A stretch of 64,000 nt of DNA from Octopus sinensis (GCF_006345805.1 NC_043016.1:4154001-4218000), one strand, 5' to 3'; shown: positions 39,068 to 51,951, counted from the stretch's first letter. Notes: generated by a model from the sequence alone, not told the origin. Made by a program: numbers and translations.

Positions 39068-39749
39068 TATAATAGATATATAATATATATTGTGTGCTTC
39101 TGTACAGTTTCCTTGCATATAAAAGTCTGCTCATAAATCATAAGTCCATCTGTTGTTATAGCATGAAGTATATTGTAGGAATTGTACAACAGGACCAAAC
39201 ATGGAATATATGGTTGCAAAGCAGGTTTCTTAATCATATAGCAATGATGATGATGGTGATAGCCTAATTCAGCTGTTAGAAAGAGAAATCAAGTGAACAT
39301 ATATGGTTTATGAAGCTTTGTTTTCAGAAAAGTATTTCATTAGATGCTATTATATATATATAATATAATATAATTCATATTTGATTTTATTCTCATGTAT
39401 GTATTCTCCAGGCATACCAGCAGATAGTTTTCACTCTCTGCATTTGTTGTGGACTGGCTGTATTATTCATCCCTGATTCAATTTGGGTATACAATGTTGA
39501 TAAGCCACAAACATGGCAAAACATAGATGTCCATCATTTCTGGATGGGATCTGGGGTGAGATGTGTCGCCTGTGCATGGCTCTCTGGTATTTTAACACCC
39601 AGTGCTTTCAGAGAGTATTCTACACTATACCAGATGTGTTTTTCTTTTTAATAGAGATTATAATTTGGTGATTTGGCTGCTATTATTAGCAGTTTGAGTC
39701 ACTGTGTAGAATTTCCCTTGTTGCCCCTTTTGAATAAATGATGCAAACG

Positions 39750-40110
39750 TGGCTGTTTTGTAAGAAGCTAACTTCCCAACCACATGGTTCTGAGTTCAGT
39801 CCCACTATGTGACACCTTGGGCAAGTGTGTTTTACCATTGCCTCGGGCCAACCATATCTTTGTGAGTGGGTTTGGTAGACAGAAACTGAAAGAAACGTGT
39901 CATATGTGTGTGTGTGTTTGTCCCACCTGCTATTCCTTGACTACCAATGCTGGTATGTTTCACAGATTGGCAAAAAACTTAGCAATTTGGCAAAAGAGCC
40001 AAATACTAGGCTTACAAAGAATAAGTCCTGGGGTCAATTTCCTTAACTGTAACCCTTTAAGGTGATGTACCAGCATGGCTGCAGTCAAATGACTGAAACT
40101 AGTAAAAAAA
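39750..40110 (+). mobile_element. SINE family 1
   Basis: ccacatggttctgagttcagtccc...ccttgggcaag...cagtcaaatgactgaa. Confidence 0.8.
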
Positions 40111-40148
40111 AAAGAATATATATACATTTATACACACACATGCACAAA

Positions 40149-40198
<50 letters not shown>

Positions 40199-40993
40199 AA
40201 ACATATGTATACAAATTTTTGCATGTGTATAATTTGTATAGATATATTTATTTTTTTAAATATACACCTGGTTATGTGTACACAAACTTATACTGTGACT
40301 GTTTACCAGTGAATTGCAATTTGTCCACTAAAAGAGCAATGTTTATCTCAAGTTATCTTTAGTCAAGTTCTTCATGTTCCAGCATCTTCTAGTGTTGGTT
40401 GACTCCACCAGCTAATGTTATATCTGCTACGTGACACACACTGACAAACAGAAGTTTCTAACAGAGTCTATTAGGTAAAAAAAAAAAGAAGAAGAAAAGA
40501 AAGGTAGAAACGTTAGCATACAAATGTTGTTAATTAGAACAGATTATCTCTGAAATAACAGAGGTGCTTTCTCATATAATCCTAGGAAGTTATTGTGTTT
40601 TAGGTGTTTGGGAGGATAGGTCTAGGTGAATGGGAGGTAATGCAAAGTTAATGGTTTATTTACACCCACTCCACTAAACAAACCTCTCACATTATCTCAC
40701 TCTTCCCTTAACTGCCCTGGACTTTGACTAACATTATTATGGTGCCTGAATGTGGGTAGGGGATTTAAATTATAGTGTAGTGTTAATGGCTTAAGTGAAA
40801 GGATCCATTCTTTGTGAATACATTGTTAATGTATGTGTGTTTGTGTGTGTGTGTGTGTGCACATGCTCTAGTTGAATGTGGATATTCAAGTATGTGTTTG
40901 TCTAAGTTTGTGTAGATAGGTTTGTGTTACTACATTCATACACACGCAGACAAACTCAACTTCAAAATCTACATACATATCTACATATATATT

Positions 40994-41418
40994 GTCCAAC
41001 CCATGCCAGCATGGAAAACAGCCATTAAAGGATGATGATATTTATATATATAACACACACATATATATATGTAATTCATCATCATCATCATCATCGTTTA
41101 ACGTCCGCTTTCCATACTAGCATGGGTTGGACTGTTTGACTGTGGGCTGGCGAACCAGATGACTGCACCAGGCTCCAGTCTTGATCTGGCAGAGTTTCTA
41201 CAGCTGGATGCCCTTCCTAACACCGACAGGTAGATGATATGAGTGATAGAAGAATGTTTATTGATCACTACAGTTGTTTCGACCCATATAACAAAAATGC
41301 ATGTAGAGAAAACCAAATCTTTAATTGTAGGATTCACCTATAAATCTGATAATTGTTTCTGTTATACTAACACATCACCCATGCCAGCATGGAAGGTGGA
41401 CATTAAACAATGATGATG
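40994..41418. mobile_element. Cluster of three RTE family A 3' tips (+ 40994-41040, - 41076-41224, + 41377-41418)
   Basis: Each carries the ccatgc..gcatgg palindrome and a (GAT)n tail. Confidence 0.75.
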
Positions 41419-41899
41419 TTGATACAGAAAATATTGAAATAAATATTTCTGAAAATTCATGCTAAAACAATGTTTCAAGGCAATCTAAGATTAGTTAAGT
41501 TCGAAGTGAACTAGAATGTAATGAAGAAATGTAATCTAAAATGAGAGCTATTTTGATAGTCATCTACTGGTGACATCAGTAGGTAATGAAAGAATTAGAA
41601 ATTAACCTAAGAATTAGGACAATTAGAAACAGAAATTTTGCGTCACAGCAATTAGATAACTATTCATCAAATATAGTAAGGTTTTCTTAGAAAAATTATG
41701 CTTATTATGCAACATGAAAAGCATTTAATTCCTCTGTTATTGCCTGGAGGACTATGATAAATGAAAGGAGACTGAGGGCTGATCCTTGGTGGACCTCCCC
41801 CCCCACACACACACATACATACATATATATATATATATATTGTATTTTCTGTGTACATAATTAGACAAAATTGCTACTGGTTATTTCTGAGCTATTGTT

Positions 41900-43290
41900 A
41901 TCATCATCATCATTTAACATCCATTTTCCATGCTGCTGTTGGTGGGATGGTTTGACCAGAGCTGCTAAAGCCAGAGGCCACACCAAAATCCATTGTTTGT
42001 TCTGGCATGGTTTCCATGACTGGATGTCCTTCCTAACACCAGCGACTCCATAGAGTGTACTGGGTACTGGGTGCATGAGTGCTTTTAATATGTCGCAAAC
42101 ATCAGTATCAATTAGGCTGTGGTGGATGGGTTTTCTTGATTATAGCAATACACCAGATATCTCGGTCCTTAGACATCTCCTCTGTAAGGCTCAGTGTTCT
42201 GAGATCAGCTTTCAATACTTTGTCCCATGTCTTACTAGTTCTTCCTCTTCCACATCTTTCATCCACTTCAAGTGATCAGCAACTGTCCTTATCCATACAC
42301 ATCAAATGACCAAACCAGTGCAGTCTTCTCTCTTGTATACTACATCTAATTCCTCTTATACCCCCCTCAAAACACTAGTGCTGTGTTGCATGTGTACACT
42401 TCCAACAGAACATACTAACTTTATTCCTCTCTAGCCTTCACATGTCTTCTGCATTCAAGGCTCATTCCTCACTAACTTGCAGCAGAGAGACCTTTGGTTG
42501 CCAACAGATAAAAACTTCCTGAATTTTCTCTATCCTCTTTCTGTGTATCATCCCTGTAGCTCACTAGCTCCCCTAGCAGAAATTATCCCCTACCTCTAAA
42601 GAGAATCCGTAGCATTTAAAAAAATCAATTTCTTGAGTGTCTGTAGTTTTTATGACTCTTCTGCATCTTCCACTCAACAAACATTACCTTCTCTGATAAT
42701 TTTTCTATTATTCCACTGCAGCTCTTGTGTGTCTATAGCTTGCACTGGGTACATCATGTGGAATTGTTGCTTAAACTTTTTCTGCATATCAAACAGGGCC
42801 ATTATCGGGTGGCAGAAAGGTCCTGTCTGTTTTCTTGCTTACTAGACCCTTACTCTTTACGAAGTTAATCTTAAGGCCTTTTGATTCCAGGTTTTACTTC
42901 CACACCTGGAATTTCTTTTCTAATTCTGTTTAAGAATCTGCTATTAGAATACGATCATCAGCATATAACAGTTGCCAGGGACACTAGTCTTCAGTTCCTC
43001 TGTTATGGCCTGGAGTTTGATGATGATGGTTAGCAGGGGACTGAGAACCAAACCCTGATGAATGCCTACCCCTACACTAAATTTATCATTGTACTCATGG
43101 TTAACTCTCACCTTACTGACAGCACCTTTGTACATGGCTTATATTGCTTTCACAAGCCACTCATCTACCCCTGACTTCCTCAGAGCTTACCATACCACAC
43201 AGCAATGTACTGTCAAAAGCTTTCTCAGAGCCAACAAATGCCAAGTACAGTGGTTTATTCTTGGCTAAATATTCTGTAGTTGCCTGACTA
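41900..43290 (-). mobile_element. RTE family A, old decayed copy
   Basis: VSKVRVNHEYNDKFSVGVGIHQGLVLSPLL remnant plus family 3' UTR and tail near 41900. Confidence 0.75.
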
Positions 43291-43580
43291 GCTTCAGTGG
43301 GATTAGTGTAAATATAGGCAAAAGGATGGTAACCTTAATGTAGCTTATAGTATGCACCTTTACCTGTCTAATGAAATAGAATGATCCCTTGAAAAACTCT
43401 TGTATATTTGCATTCAGTTGCACTATGAATACCTATTGCAGAGTATCCAGAATGTGTGTAGGGAATAAATGGTATAATTCAATCTTGTGTTTATGATACT
43501 GGTTACATATAGCTATTTGTATTCATTAGATCTTTGTTTTAAATATTGTCCTCTATTGCGCTTTTGTTCCATTTTTTATT

Positions 43581-43612
<32 letters not shown>

Positions 43613-43650
43613 AAAGAAGGAGATCTAATAAATACAAATTAATTTACACG

Positions 43651-43704
<54 letters not shown>

Positions 43705-44106
43705 ATATATATATTGATGCATAAATAGATAATATATACACATACATCCATGTGAATAAACATAGAAACATGAACATACACAACTGCAAAAGTATTACAC
43801 ATACTTTTGTATCTATATATGATATACGATTAATTATTATATATTCTGAGTGTTCCAAATGTATCCTAATGTAATTCTTGTATTGTCCTTTGTAACCCTG
43901 GTGATTCTCCATACAAGCTATTTAAAATGCAAAATTATATATTTATATAGGTTTTGTAATTGTAATTTTGTTTGTGAAATGAAACAATTGTTGGTGAATA
44001 TGTTGATTGATTGATTAATTAGTTAATTAATTTTTATCCATTAGATCACTCTGTTTTCTAACTCTATAATAATGTTTGATATTTCATATTTTTGATATTT
44101 CATATA

Positions 44107-46165
44107 ACATGGTGGTGGAACACGGTGGTTGACGGGGCTATTAGACAAAAGAGACAGGCTTGGAAGGACTGGAAGAACGGTGGTAGCAGGGAATTGTATC
44201 AGACAGCCAAAAGGGAAGCTAGGAGACAGGTTTATATAGCCAGAGGGGAAGCGGATAAGAAAAAATTTGCCAATGTTCTGAGCCGTGAGGATGAAAGACT
44301 TGAGGTATTTCGTGTTGCAAGACAGTGTGTGAGAGAGAATCGTGATGTGGTAGGAGAGAAGTGTGTTCGCATGGATGATGGTTCACTTGCGCTAAATGAG
44401 GATGCAAAGAGAGAGGTTTGGAGATGCCACTATGAAAGTTTGCTGAATAAAGAAAATGAATGGGATAAAGAGAGTCTGCCAAATGTTGACCCAACAGAGG
44501 GACCAGCTATCCGAGTTGATAGTTCCGTAGTAGCTAAGGCAGTTAGAAGCATGAAGACAGGGAAAGCCCCAGGCCCATCAGGAATTACTGCAGAGATGCT
44601 CAAAATATCTGGCAGTGTCGGCTATAACCTAGTCACCCGTATAGTCAACCAGGTGATACACGAAGGAGTCATACCCAATGACTGGTGTAGCAGCATACTA
44701 GTCAACTGCTACAAAGGTAAAGGTGATGCCCTGGATACAAATAATTACAGAGGTATCAAGCTGTTGGATCAGGTAATGAAGGTTACGGAGAGGGTCTTAG
44801 CCCAACTAATTAGAGAGAGAGTTAGTTTAGATGAGATGCAGTTTGGGTTTGTCCCAGGGAAAAGCACCACTGATGCTATATTCCTGGTAAGGCAGCTGCA
44901 GGAGAAATACCTAGCCAGGATAAGCCCCTGTACCTGGCTTTTGTTGACATGGAGAAAGCCTTTGATAGGGTCCCCCGATCCCTCATCTGGTGGTCAATGA
45001 GGAACTAGGGATAGATGAATGGCTGGTGAGGGCTGTGCAAGCCATGTACAGAGATGCCGTAAGTAAGGTTAGAGTTGGCAACATGTACACAGAAGAATTC
45101 AAAGTAGAGGTTGGGGTCCACCAGGGTTCAGTACTCAGCCCCCTCCTATTTATCATAGTCCTCCAGGCAATAACGGAGGAATTCAAGACCGGTTGCCCCT
45201 GGGAGCTCCTCTATGCTGACGACCTCGCTCTAATCGCTGAGTCACTATCAGAACTGGAGGAGAAGTTCCAGGTGTGGAAGGAGGGTTTAGAATCGAGGGG
45301 CCTTAGAGTCAACCTAGCTAAAACCAAAGTACTAATAAGTAGAAAGGTAGAAAACCCACAAATATCATCAGGAAGATGGCCCTGCTCGATCTGTAGAAAA
45401 GGTGTAGGTAGAAACTCTATAAGATGTACCCAGTGTAAGCTATGGACACATAAGAGGTGCAGCAATGTCAAAGGTAGGCTAACTGGGAAGATAGTTTTTG
45501 TATGTGGCAGGTGCTCTGGAGCACTGACCTCCGAAAATCTGCAGAAAACAACTTCTGTCACTTTCCGGGGGGAAAAACTAGAAGTAGTTGATAGTTTCCG
45601 CTATCTAGGTGACCAAGTCAGTAGTGGGGGTGGGTGCGCTGAAAGTGTAACTGCTAGAATAAGAATAGCCTGGGCAAAGTTTAGGGAGCTCTTACCTCTG
45701 CTGGTGACTAAAGGCCTCTCGCTCAGAGTAAAAGGCAGACTGTATGATGCATGTGTACGAACAGCTATGCTACATGGCAGTGAAACATGGGCCGTGACTG
45801 CTGAGGACATGCGTAAGCTCGTGAGGAACGAAGCCAGTATGCTCCGATGGATGTGTAATGTCAGTGTACTTACTCGACAGAGCGTTAGTACCTTGAGAGA
45901 AATGTTGTACCTAAGAAGCATCAGTTGTTGTGTGCAAGAGAGACGATTGCGCTGGTATGGACATGTGGCGAGAATGGATGAAGAGAGGTGTGTGAGAAAG
46001 TGCCAATCCCTAGCAGTTGAGGGAACCCGTGGAAGAGGTAGACCCAGGAAAACCTGGGACGAGGTGGTGAAGCACGACCTTCGGACGTTAGGTCTCACCA
46101 TGGAAATGACTAGAGACCGAGACCTATGGAAGTATGCTGTGCGTGAGAAGACCCGGCAAGACTAG
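44107..46165 (+). pseudogene. RTE ORF2 (RT + PHD finger + C-terminus) broken by two single-A deletions
   Basis: Restoring one A near 44917 and one near 45003 gives KYLAKDKPLYLAFVDMEKAFDRVPRSLIWWSMRKLGIDEW and joins ORFs 44092-45000 and 44990-46165. Confidence 0.9.
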
Positions 46166-46428
46166 TGAAGCCATAATCCGTGGCCCCTACCTGGGACGTA
46201 GTCAGTCCACCTGTGCATACCTTCCTTCTTGTGACACTTGTGAAGACCTGTTGAGGCAAGTGAGAATCGAATCGTATCAAATCAAATCGAACCAAATCAA
46301 AATAGATGAACATCAATGGAATTTGTATCCTTGTGGTACCAGTGCCGGTGGCACATAAGAAAACCATCCGAACGTGACCGTAGCCAGTACCGCAATGACT
46401 GGCCTCCGTGCTGAGGGCACGTAACAAA

Positions 46429-46740
46429 CACCATCCGAGCGTGGCCGTCCGCCAGCCTCGTCTAGCACCTGTGTCGGTGACACATAAGAAAACACCATCC
46501 GAGCGTGGCCGTCTGCCAGCCTCGTCTGGCACCTGTGTCGGTGGCACATAAAAAACACCATCCGAGCGTGGCCGTCTGCCAGCCTCGTCTGGCACCTGTG
46601 TCGGTGGCACATAAAAAACACCATCCGAGCGTGGCCGTCTGCCAGCCTCGTCTGGCACCTGTGTCGGTGGCACATAAAAAACACCATCCGAGCGTGGCCG
46701 TCTGCCAGCCTCGTCTGGCACCTGTGTCGGTGGCACATAA
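46429..46740 (+). repeat. 63-bp tandem array, 5 units, inside the RTE 3' UTR
   Basis: Unit starts at 46429, 46493, 46556, 46619, 46682; units 2-5 essentially identical, unit 1 has three substitutions and a longer A-rich linker. Confidence 0.97.
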
Positions 46741-47067
46741 AATCACCCACTACACTCTCGGAGTGGTTGGCGTTAGGAAGGGCATCCAGCTGTAGAAACA
46801 CTGCCACATCTGACTGGCCTGGTGCAGCCTTCGGGCTTCCCAGACCCCAGTTGAACCGTCCAACCCATGCTAGCATGGAAAGCGGACGTTAAACGATGAT
46901 GATGATGATGATGATGATACAATATATTCACTGAATATATTATCACCTCTTCAAAGTTTGATATATTAAACCAGCACATCTTGGATAAATATCTTTATAA
47001 GAGGTTTAAATATCTTCATTGTGGCTATACACGCACATAAGTATACATACCATACATACATACACAT

Positions 47068-47116
<49 letters not shown>

Positions 47117-47554
47117 CATGTGTGTGTATGTATTATTGTTAATACTTGAATTCAAAGTAAAGCTCTAAATAATAGTGTATGATGATAATGAAAAAAATAA
47201 AAAAGCAAATTATCTCATATCTCTTGAGAATTTCCTAAATTTCTATGACATACTCCTGGAATATAGCCAGTAACAGTTTTGTCATTGCATTTAATAGAGA
47301 ACTTTCAAATGCAATTGCTCTAGACAATAGACCGAAATAGGTAGACACTCTAGCACCGACATTTGTTTTCTATATATTTCACTACTCTGCTATTTTATGC
47401 CTTTCAATATTGTCATAAAGGTGTTAAAGTAAGATTTTCAACTTCAGGAAAGATTTTCAATTTACAAGGTTTTGATAGTAAATGAAAGACTTTTCTCTGC
47501 CAATCAGGGAACGTATGTATGCAGACAATGTTGACTTTGTAATACTTTTGTTTG

Positions 47555-47850
47555 CTTGTTTGTTCCTTCTCGAGCCATGCCTGGCTCATAAGGGCCGGTT
47601 TCTTGGTGTATAGGTTCCCCACCTAGACGAGACGCCAGTCCGTCGCAGGTGAGCTGCAAGATGCAGGAGGAAAGAGTGAGAGAAAGTTGTGGTGAAAGAG
47701 TCAGCAGAAGTCTCACTATTACCTTCTGCTAGAGCCGCGTGGAGCTTGGGTGTTTTCACTCATAAACACACACACCGTCTGGTCTGAGATTTGAACCCAC
47801 GATCCCTCGACCGTGAGTCTGCTGCTCTAACCACTAGGCCATGTGCCTCC
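47555..47850 (-). mobile_element. tRNA-derived SINE family 3
   Basis: Minus-strand head ggaggcacatggcctagtggttagagc...gggttcaaatc (A and B boxes), (ACAA)n tail. Confidence 0.85.
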
Positions 47851-47924
47851 TTTGTAATACTTACAAAATGAGATGCAGATTACAATAGACAAATTTCCAG
47901 TTGCAGTCTAAACTTTAGTCTAAA

Positions 47925-48225
47925 TTGTGCATGGGCAACCTGCAGCCCCTGATGAGTTTCTAGGTTACTAATTTTTACAAGCGAAAAATTTTCTCAAATT
48001 TTCCAATTATTAACCTTATTATTATCAATAGGAAATAATGGAAGAGATGCCAGCTTAATGTAAGCTTTCATACTAACACAAATAAAATTATGAAGAACTG
48101 CAAAATATTCAGTGTAAAATGGGCAAATAATATTTCATGCATAAGTGTTTTTTCATGTGGCCCTCTTGCACTTGGAAATGGTATGATGTGGGTCCCCATT
48201 TGACGCAAAGTTGCCTGTCGCTGGT
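47925..48225. mobile_element. hAT-like MITE, degenerate
   Basis: Imperfect TIRs gcatgggcaac ... gttgcctgtcgc. Confidence 0.4.
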
Positions 48226-48269
48226 CTAAGCTATTATAAAAATGACCAAAGTGATGCTCACCAGGTGAA

Positions 48270-48760
48270 CACTTTGTGGAGTCTAAAATCTATGTGACAA
48301 ATAAAATTAAGAGTAAAGGATACCTTTCCATACTTGGAAAGTGCTCTTACTTAGGAAGTATGCTATCTAGGGTTGGTAGCCTAAATTTTGAAATTATACT
48401 GAGAATTGAAAAAGCAATAACAGTATTTAACAAACTTGAAAAAAAGACTATGGTCAGATCGAGGTATTACAGCTCACACAAAAGTCTGTTTAACTAGACA
48501 TGCATGCTGACAACACTTTTGTATACTTCTGAAACATGAACTACTCATAGTAGAAATGTAAAGATGCTGGAGTGTTTCTGTTAGAAATGCCTCAGAAGAA
48601 TACTGAAAATAAAATAGGAAGAGTTGTTGTTAGATATGGAAATACGAGAGAGGGTCTGCTGTGTGTCTTTTGAGTCTCAGTACAAAATCAAATGCGATGA
48701 GAATGGAGCTGTTTATTGTTCAAAAGATTAGGGGAAATATTACTTTGCTTGGAAAAATCC
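48270..48760 (+). mobile_element. Old BovB-like RTE remnant
   Basis: YLGSMLS..EIILRIEKA..FNKLEK and LLYTSET motifs with stops. Confidence 0.65.
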
Positions 48761-49402
48761 ATCTGTAGAATAATCTATTTAAGTAAGTTTCATCTAACCC
48801 ATGCAAGCATGAAAAATGTAGACATTAAAATGATTTTGAATATCTATTTGTGTGTTTATCTGTGTGTGTGTGTGTGTGTGTGTATTTATGTTTGTTATTA
48901 TCTGTTGTTTAATTATGAGTATGTGTTTATACATGTCCTCATATGCATATGACCAAAGAAAGTTATGCATAGTGTTTGCTAATGAATGTTTAGGTATGCA
49001 AATATATGTTGTGACAGCTCAGATGGCAGGGCATAAGATTGTCATCTGAAGTTTGAAGTATGCAAATGAATAATGTTAACATACACAAACTCATGTTATG
49101 TGAAAAAATCCATAGACCCCCTCATAAGGATACAAATACATTGGTTACAGTAATTCTAATGAGACCCTTGTGTTTGTATGTAAGGTATATCAGTGGCAAT
49201 ATTGGAATGTGAATTATGGTAAGTGTGTAACTATACATACCAACTTACCATTATGTTAACCTGGCACAATGGTGAAATACTTCCTTGTCTACTATGTAGA
49301 TAATTGTTAGATACTGGCTAATAGTGATAATTATTGGATTCTAGCTGATAGTGACAAGCTAATTTTGTATCACTTCACTCTTTCAGCTTTATAGAAACAT
49401 GA

Positions 49403-49405
<3 letters not shown>

Positions 49406-49480
<75 letters not shown>
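49406..49480. repeat. (CT)n microsatellite
   Basis: Direct reading. Other long arrays: (TA)n 43560-43715, (CA)n 47070-47112, (TAA)n 51953-51983 and 55312-55358. Confidence 0.95.
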
Positions 49481-49483
<3 letters not shown>

Positions 49484-51951
49484 TTGTTTGTTAATGTTCA
49501 TGTTTTTATTTTCTGCTATTTTCCACTTATTAAGTTATTTTAGCTATTTTCTTTGCATTTAAAAAATTGAGCTTTCAAGACTTTTTATGGTTGCATTGTT
49601 ATTTTATAGCCCCACTTAACTATTAACAAAAGGGCTTATGTTCAAAGCAATTCCAGTCTTGATCCTTCCATCTTTTTCTCAGATATAGTATATCACAATT
49701 TACATTATGTAATGTGTCTTTCTTGTTATTACAAAAAAAAAAAAAAAGAAAAAGGAATGACAAGTTGTAATTTGAATGAGATTAAGCTCCGGTTTTCAGC
49801 AGATTAAACAATCACATGCCGTCTCCTTTTGTGACTCTATCATGTTTCTGTGGAACATCCGTAGGATTTTCTTGAGAGATTACAGCAATGGATTATCCTT
49901 TGCTTGGATAAAATGTCTTCGTCCTTGTAATCCTTACCTTCATCGCTGTTTTATGTACATATTATGTTGTTAAAGCTGGTAAGGGGTTCTGTTATATAGC
50001 AATATACTTTTGTTGTTCTGTATCTCATTTGTGAATTTTGGTCAAATCTCTCAGTTCCTTACAAAACAAGCAGGATGCAGACATTTCCTGCTTTTTAAAG
50101 GTTCAGCACCTTTAAATTGCAACACATTGAACTTTGCAACCTTAAAGAAACAAATTTGATCTTCAAATTACCTACAGATTTCTATTTCCTGGATTCCTGT
50201 AATGTAACACAGGTCAGAGCATGTTGAGCAAACAGTGTCACTTTGATAATAGTTTAATGTACCACTCCAAAGGTCACTGGAAATGGTTTACTATCAAAAT
50301 AGCAGCTTGTATGTTGTTATTTAGTCCCAAATCAATTGTGACCGACAAATCTATGATTAAAAGTGTTTTTAGCTATCTTTAGACACTGTAAGTCTCTGAC
50401 TATATTAGGCAGTGTGTTAGAATTAGTTGTTATTGTTGACCCACCCACCACCACCACCAATACTTGACGGCTACACTGTCTCATTGATCTGGAGGGATTA
50501 GAGACAATGTTAACGTTGACAGGATTTGAATACTGACTGTAAAGAAACAGAAAAAATGGCTCAAGGCATTTGTCCTGAACCCCATTATTTCTGACAGTTT
50601 GCTATTCTGCCCCTGCTTCTTCCTCCTTTGATGATGATGGTTTCGAATTAAAGCACAAGGCCAGGAATTTTGTGGGGTGAATGCCAATCAATTTCTGCAC
50701 CCCAGTGATACTTATTTCATAGACACCAGAGGAATGAAAGTCAAAGGTGAACTTGGTGGAATTTGAACTTAGAACATAATGAAGTAAAAAGCAAAAAAAA
50801 ATCCACAAGGCACTTTTCCCTGATACTCTAATGGCTCTGCTAGATTGCTGCTTGTTTGTGTTTTAATAATAGTTTCAAATTTTGGCACAAGGCTAGTGTA
50901 GGGGGTTAGTCAATTACATCAACCCCAGTTCTTTGCTGCTGGTACTTATTTTATCTCCTTTAAACAATGAATGGCAAAGTTGGCATACGTAGAATATGGA
51001 CTGAGAGTGTAAAGAGCTGGTACAAATGCCTCTAAACATTTTGTTTGATGCAGTAGCAATTCTGTCAGCTTGACCCCTTATTTGTTTTTAATTTTGGCAC
51101 AAGGAAAGCAATTATGAGTAAAGGGGCAAGTTGATTATATCAACTCCACTATTTTATTGACAGCTAAAGCATGACGAAAGCTGAAATTCACCTCAACAGA
51201 ATTTCATCTCTGCATGTAAAAAGTTGCTAGACTTACTGCAAAGCATTTCTTTTTATGCTCTAATAATTCTGCCATCTTGTTATCGTAACAACAATCCTTT
51301 CTTATGTTGCCAAATTTTGGAGAAAAGGGGTAATTGGTTACCTCTGTACTTACTTATTTCATTCCATTCCCCAAAAGATGAAAGGCAAAACGACCTTGGT
51401 AGAATTTGAACTCTAAATGTGAAGAGCCAGATAAACACCACTATGTATTTTGCCTGACATGTTCATGATTCTGCTAGCATGCTACCTTAGTAATAATGAT
51501 AATGATTTCTATTGGCCACAACGGCCAAAGATATGGAGGACAATACTGAAGGACAAGTTACAGCACACAAAACCAAAACAAACAAAATAGTACAAAAACA
51601 AAAATAGGTTTACATCGATCAAAAGGAAATACTTCCATATATAAGAGCTAAAACAGAGGATATATAATAAAAATTAGAGAAATAAATAAATAAGAAAGTG
51701 GTGCCCCAACATGGCCACAGTCTAAAGACTGAAATCAGTAAAAGATAAAAGATAAATAATTAAAATCCCAAATAGCAGGGCAGTCCAATTTGGGTAATCC
51801 ATGATAAATCCCATGCAAAAATCTCGGATTACTCTGCCATCCCCAAAGCATTGTAATATGTCATGTAGTTTCTTTACTGCTGCTTAGAAAAGCATACTCA
51901 GAGTTGGTCCATTCAGTCTCACCAGTCTTGACCACCTTTCGATAAGCACAC

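Larger units (their letters stand above)
44107..46918 (+). mobile_element. RTE-clade LINE family A, young 5'-truncated copy with complete RT domain
   Basis: GKAPGPSGI, FGFVPGKSTTDAIF, GVHQGSVLSPLLF, LLYADDL, LHGSETW, RGRGRPRKTW; no in-frame stops; ~750-bp 3' UTR and (GAT)8 tail; no endonuclease domain. Confidence 0.97.

Noticed and set aside
41250-41295. Penelope pLTR-like gtcgaaacaactgtagtgatcaataaa on the minus strand
   Set aside because: Too short, no upstream CTGATGA, no second copy.
46110-46876. Four overlapping ORFs with 21-aa periodic peptides, and a superficial CRISPR-like look
   Set aside because: They arise because the 63-bp unit is a multiple of 3 and stop-free; there are no unique spacers, no cas genes, and the context is a eukaryotic LINE 3' UTR.
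47780-47850. tRNA-like sequence (also the heads of SINE families 1 and 2)
   Set aside because: A and B boxes belong to SINE heads; no complete cloverleaf or oligo-T terminator.
49915-49932. Minus-strand GATTACAAGGACGAAGAC (DYKDED), resembling a FLAG tag
   Set aside because: Partial match only, with no vector sequence nearby; coincidence.
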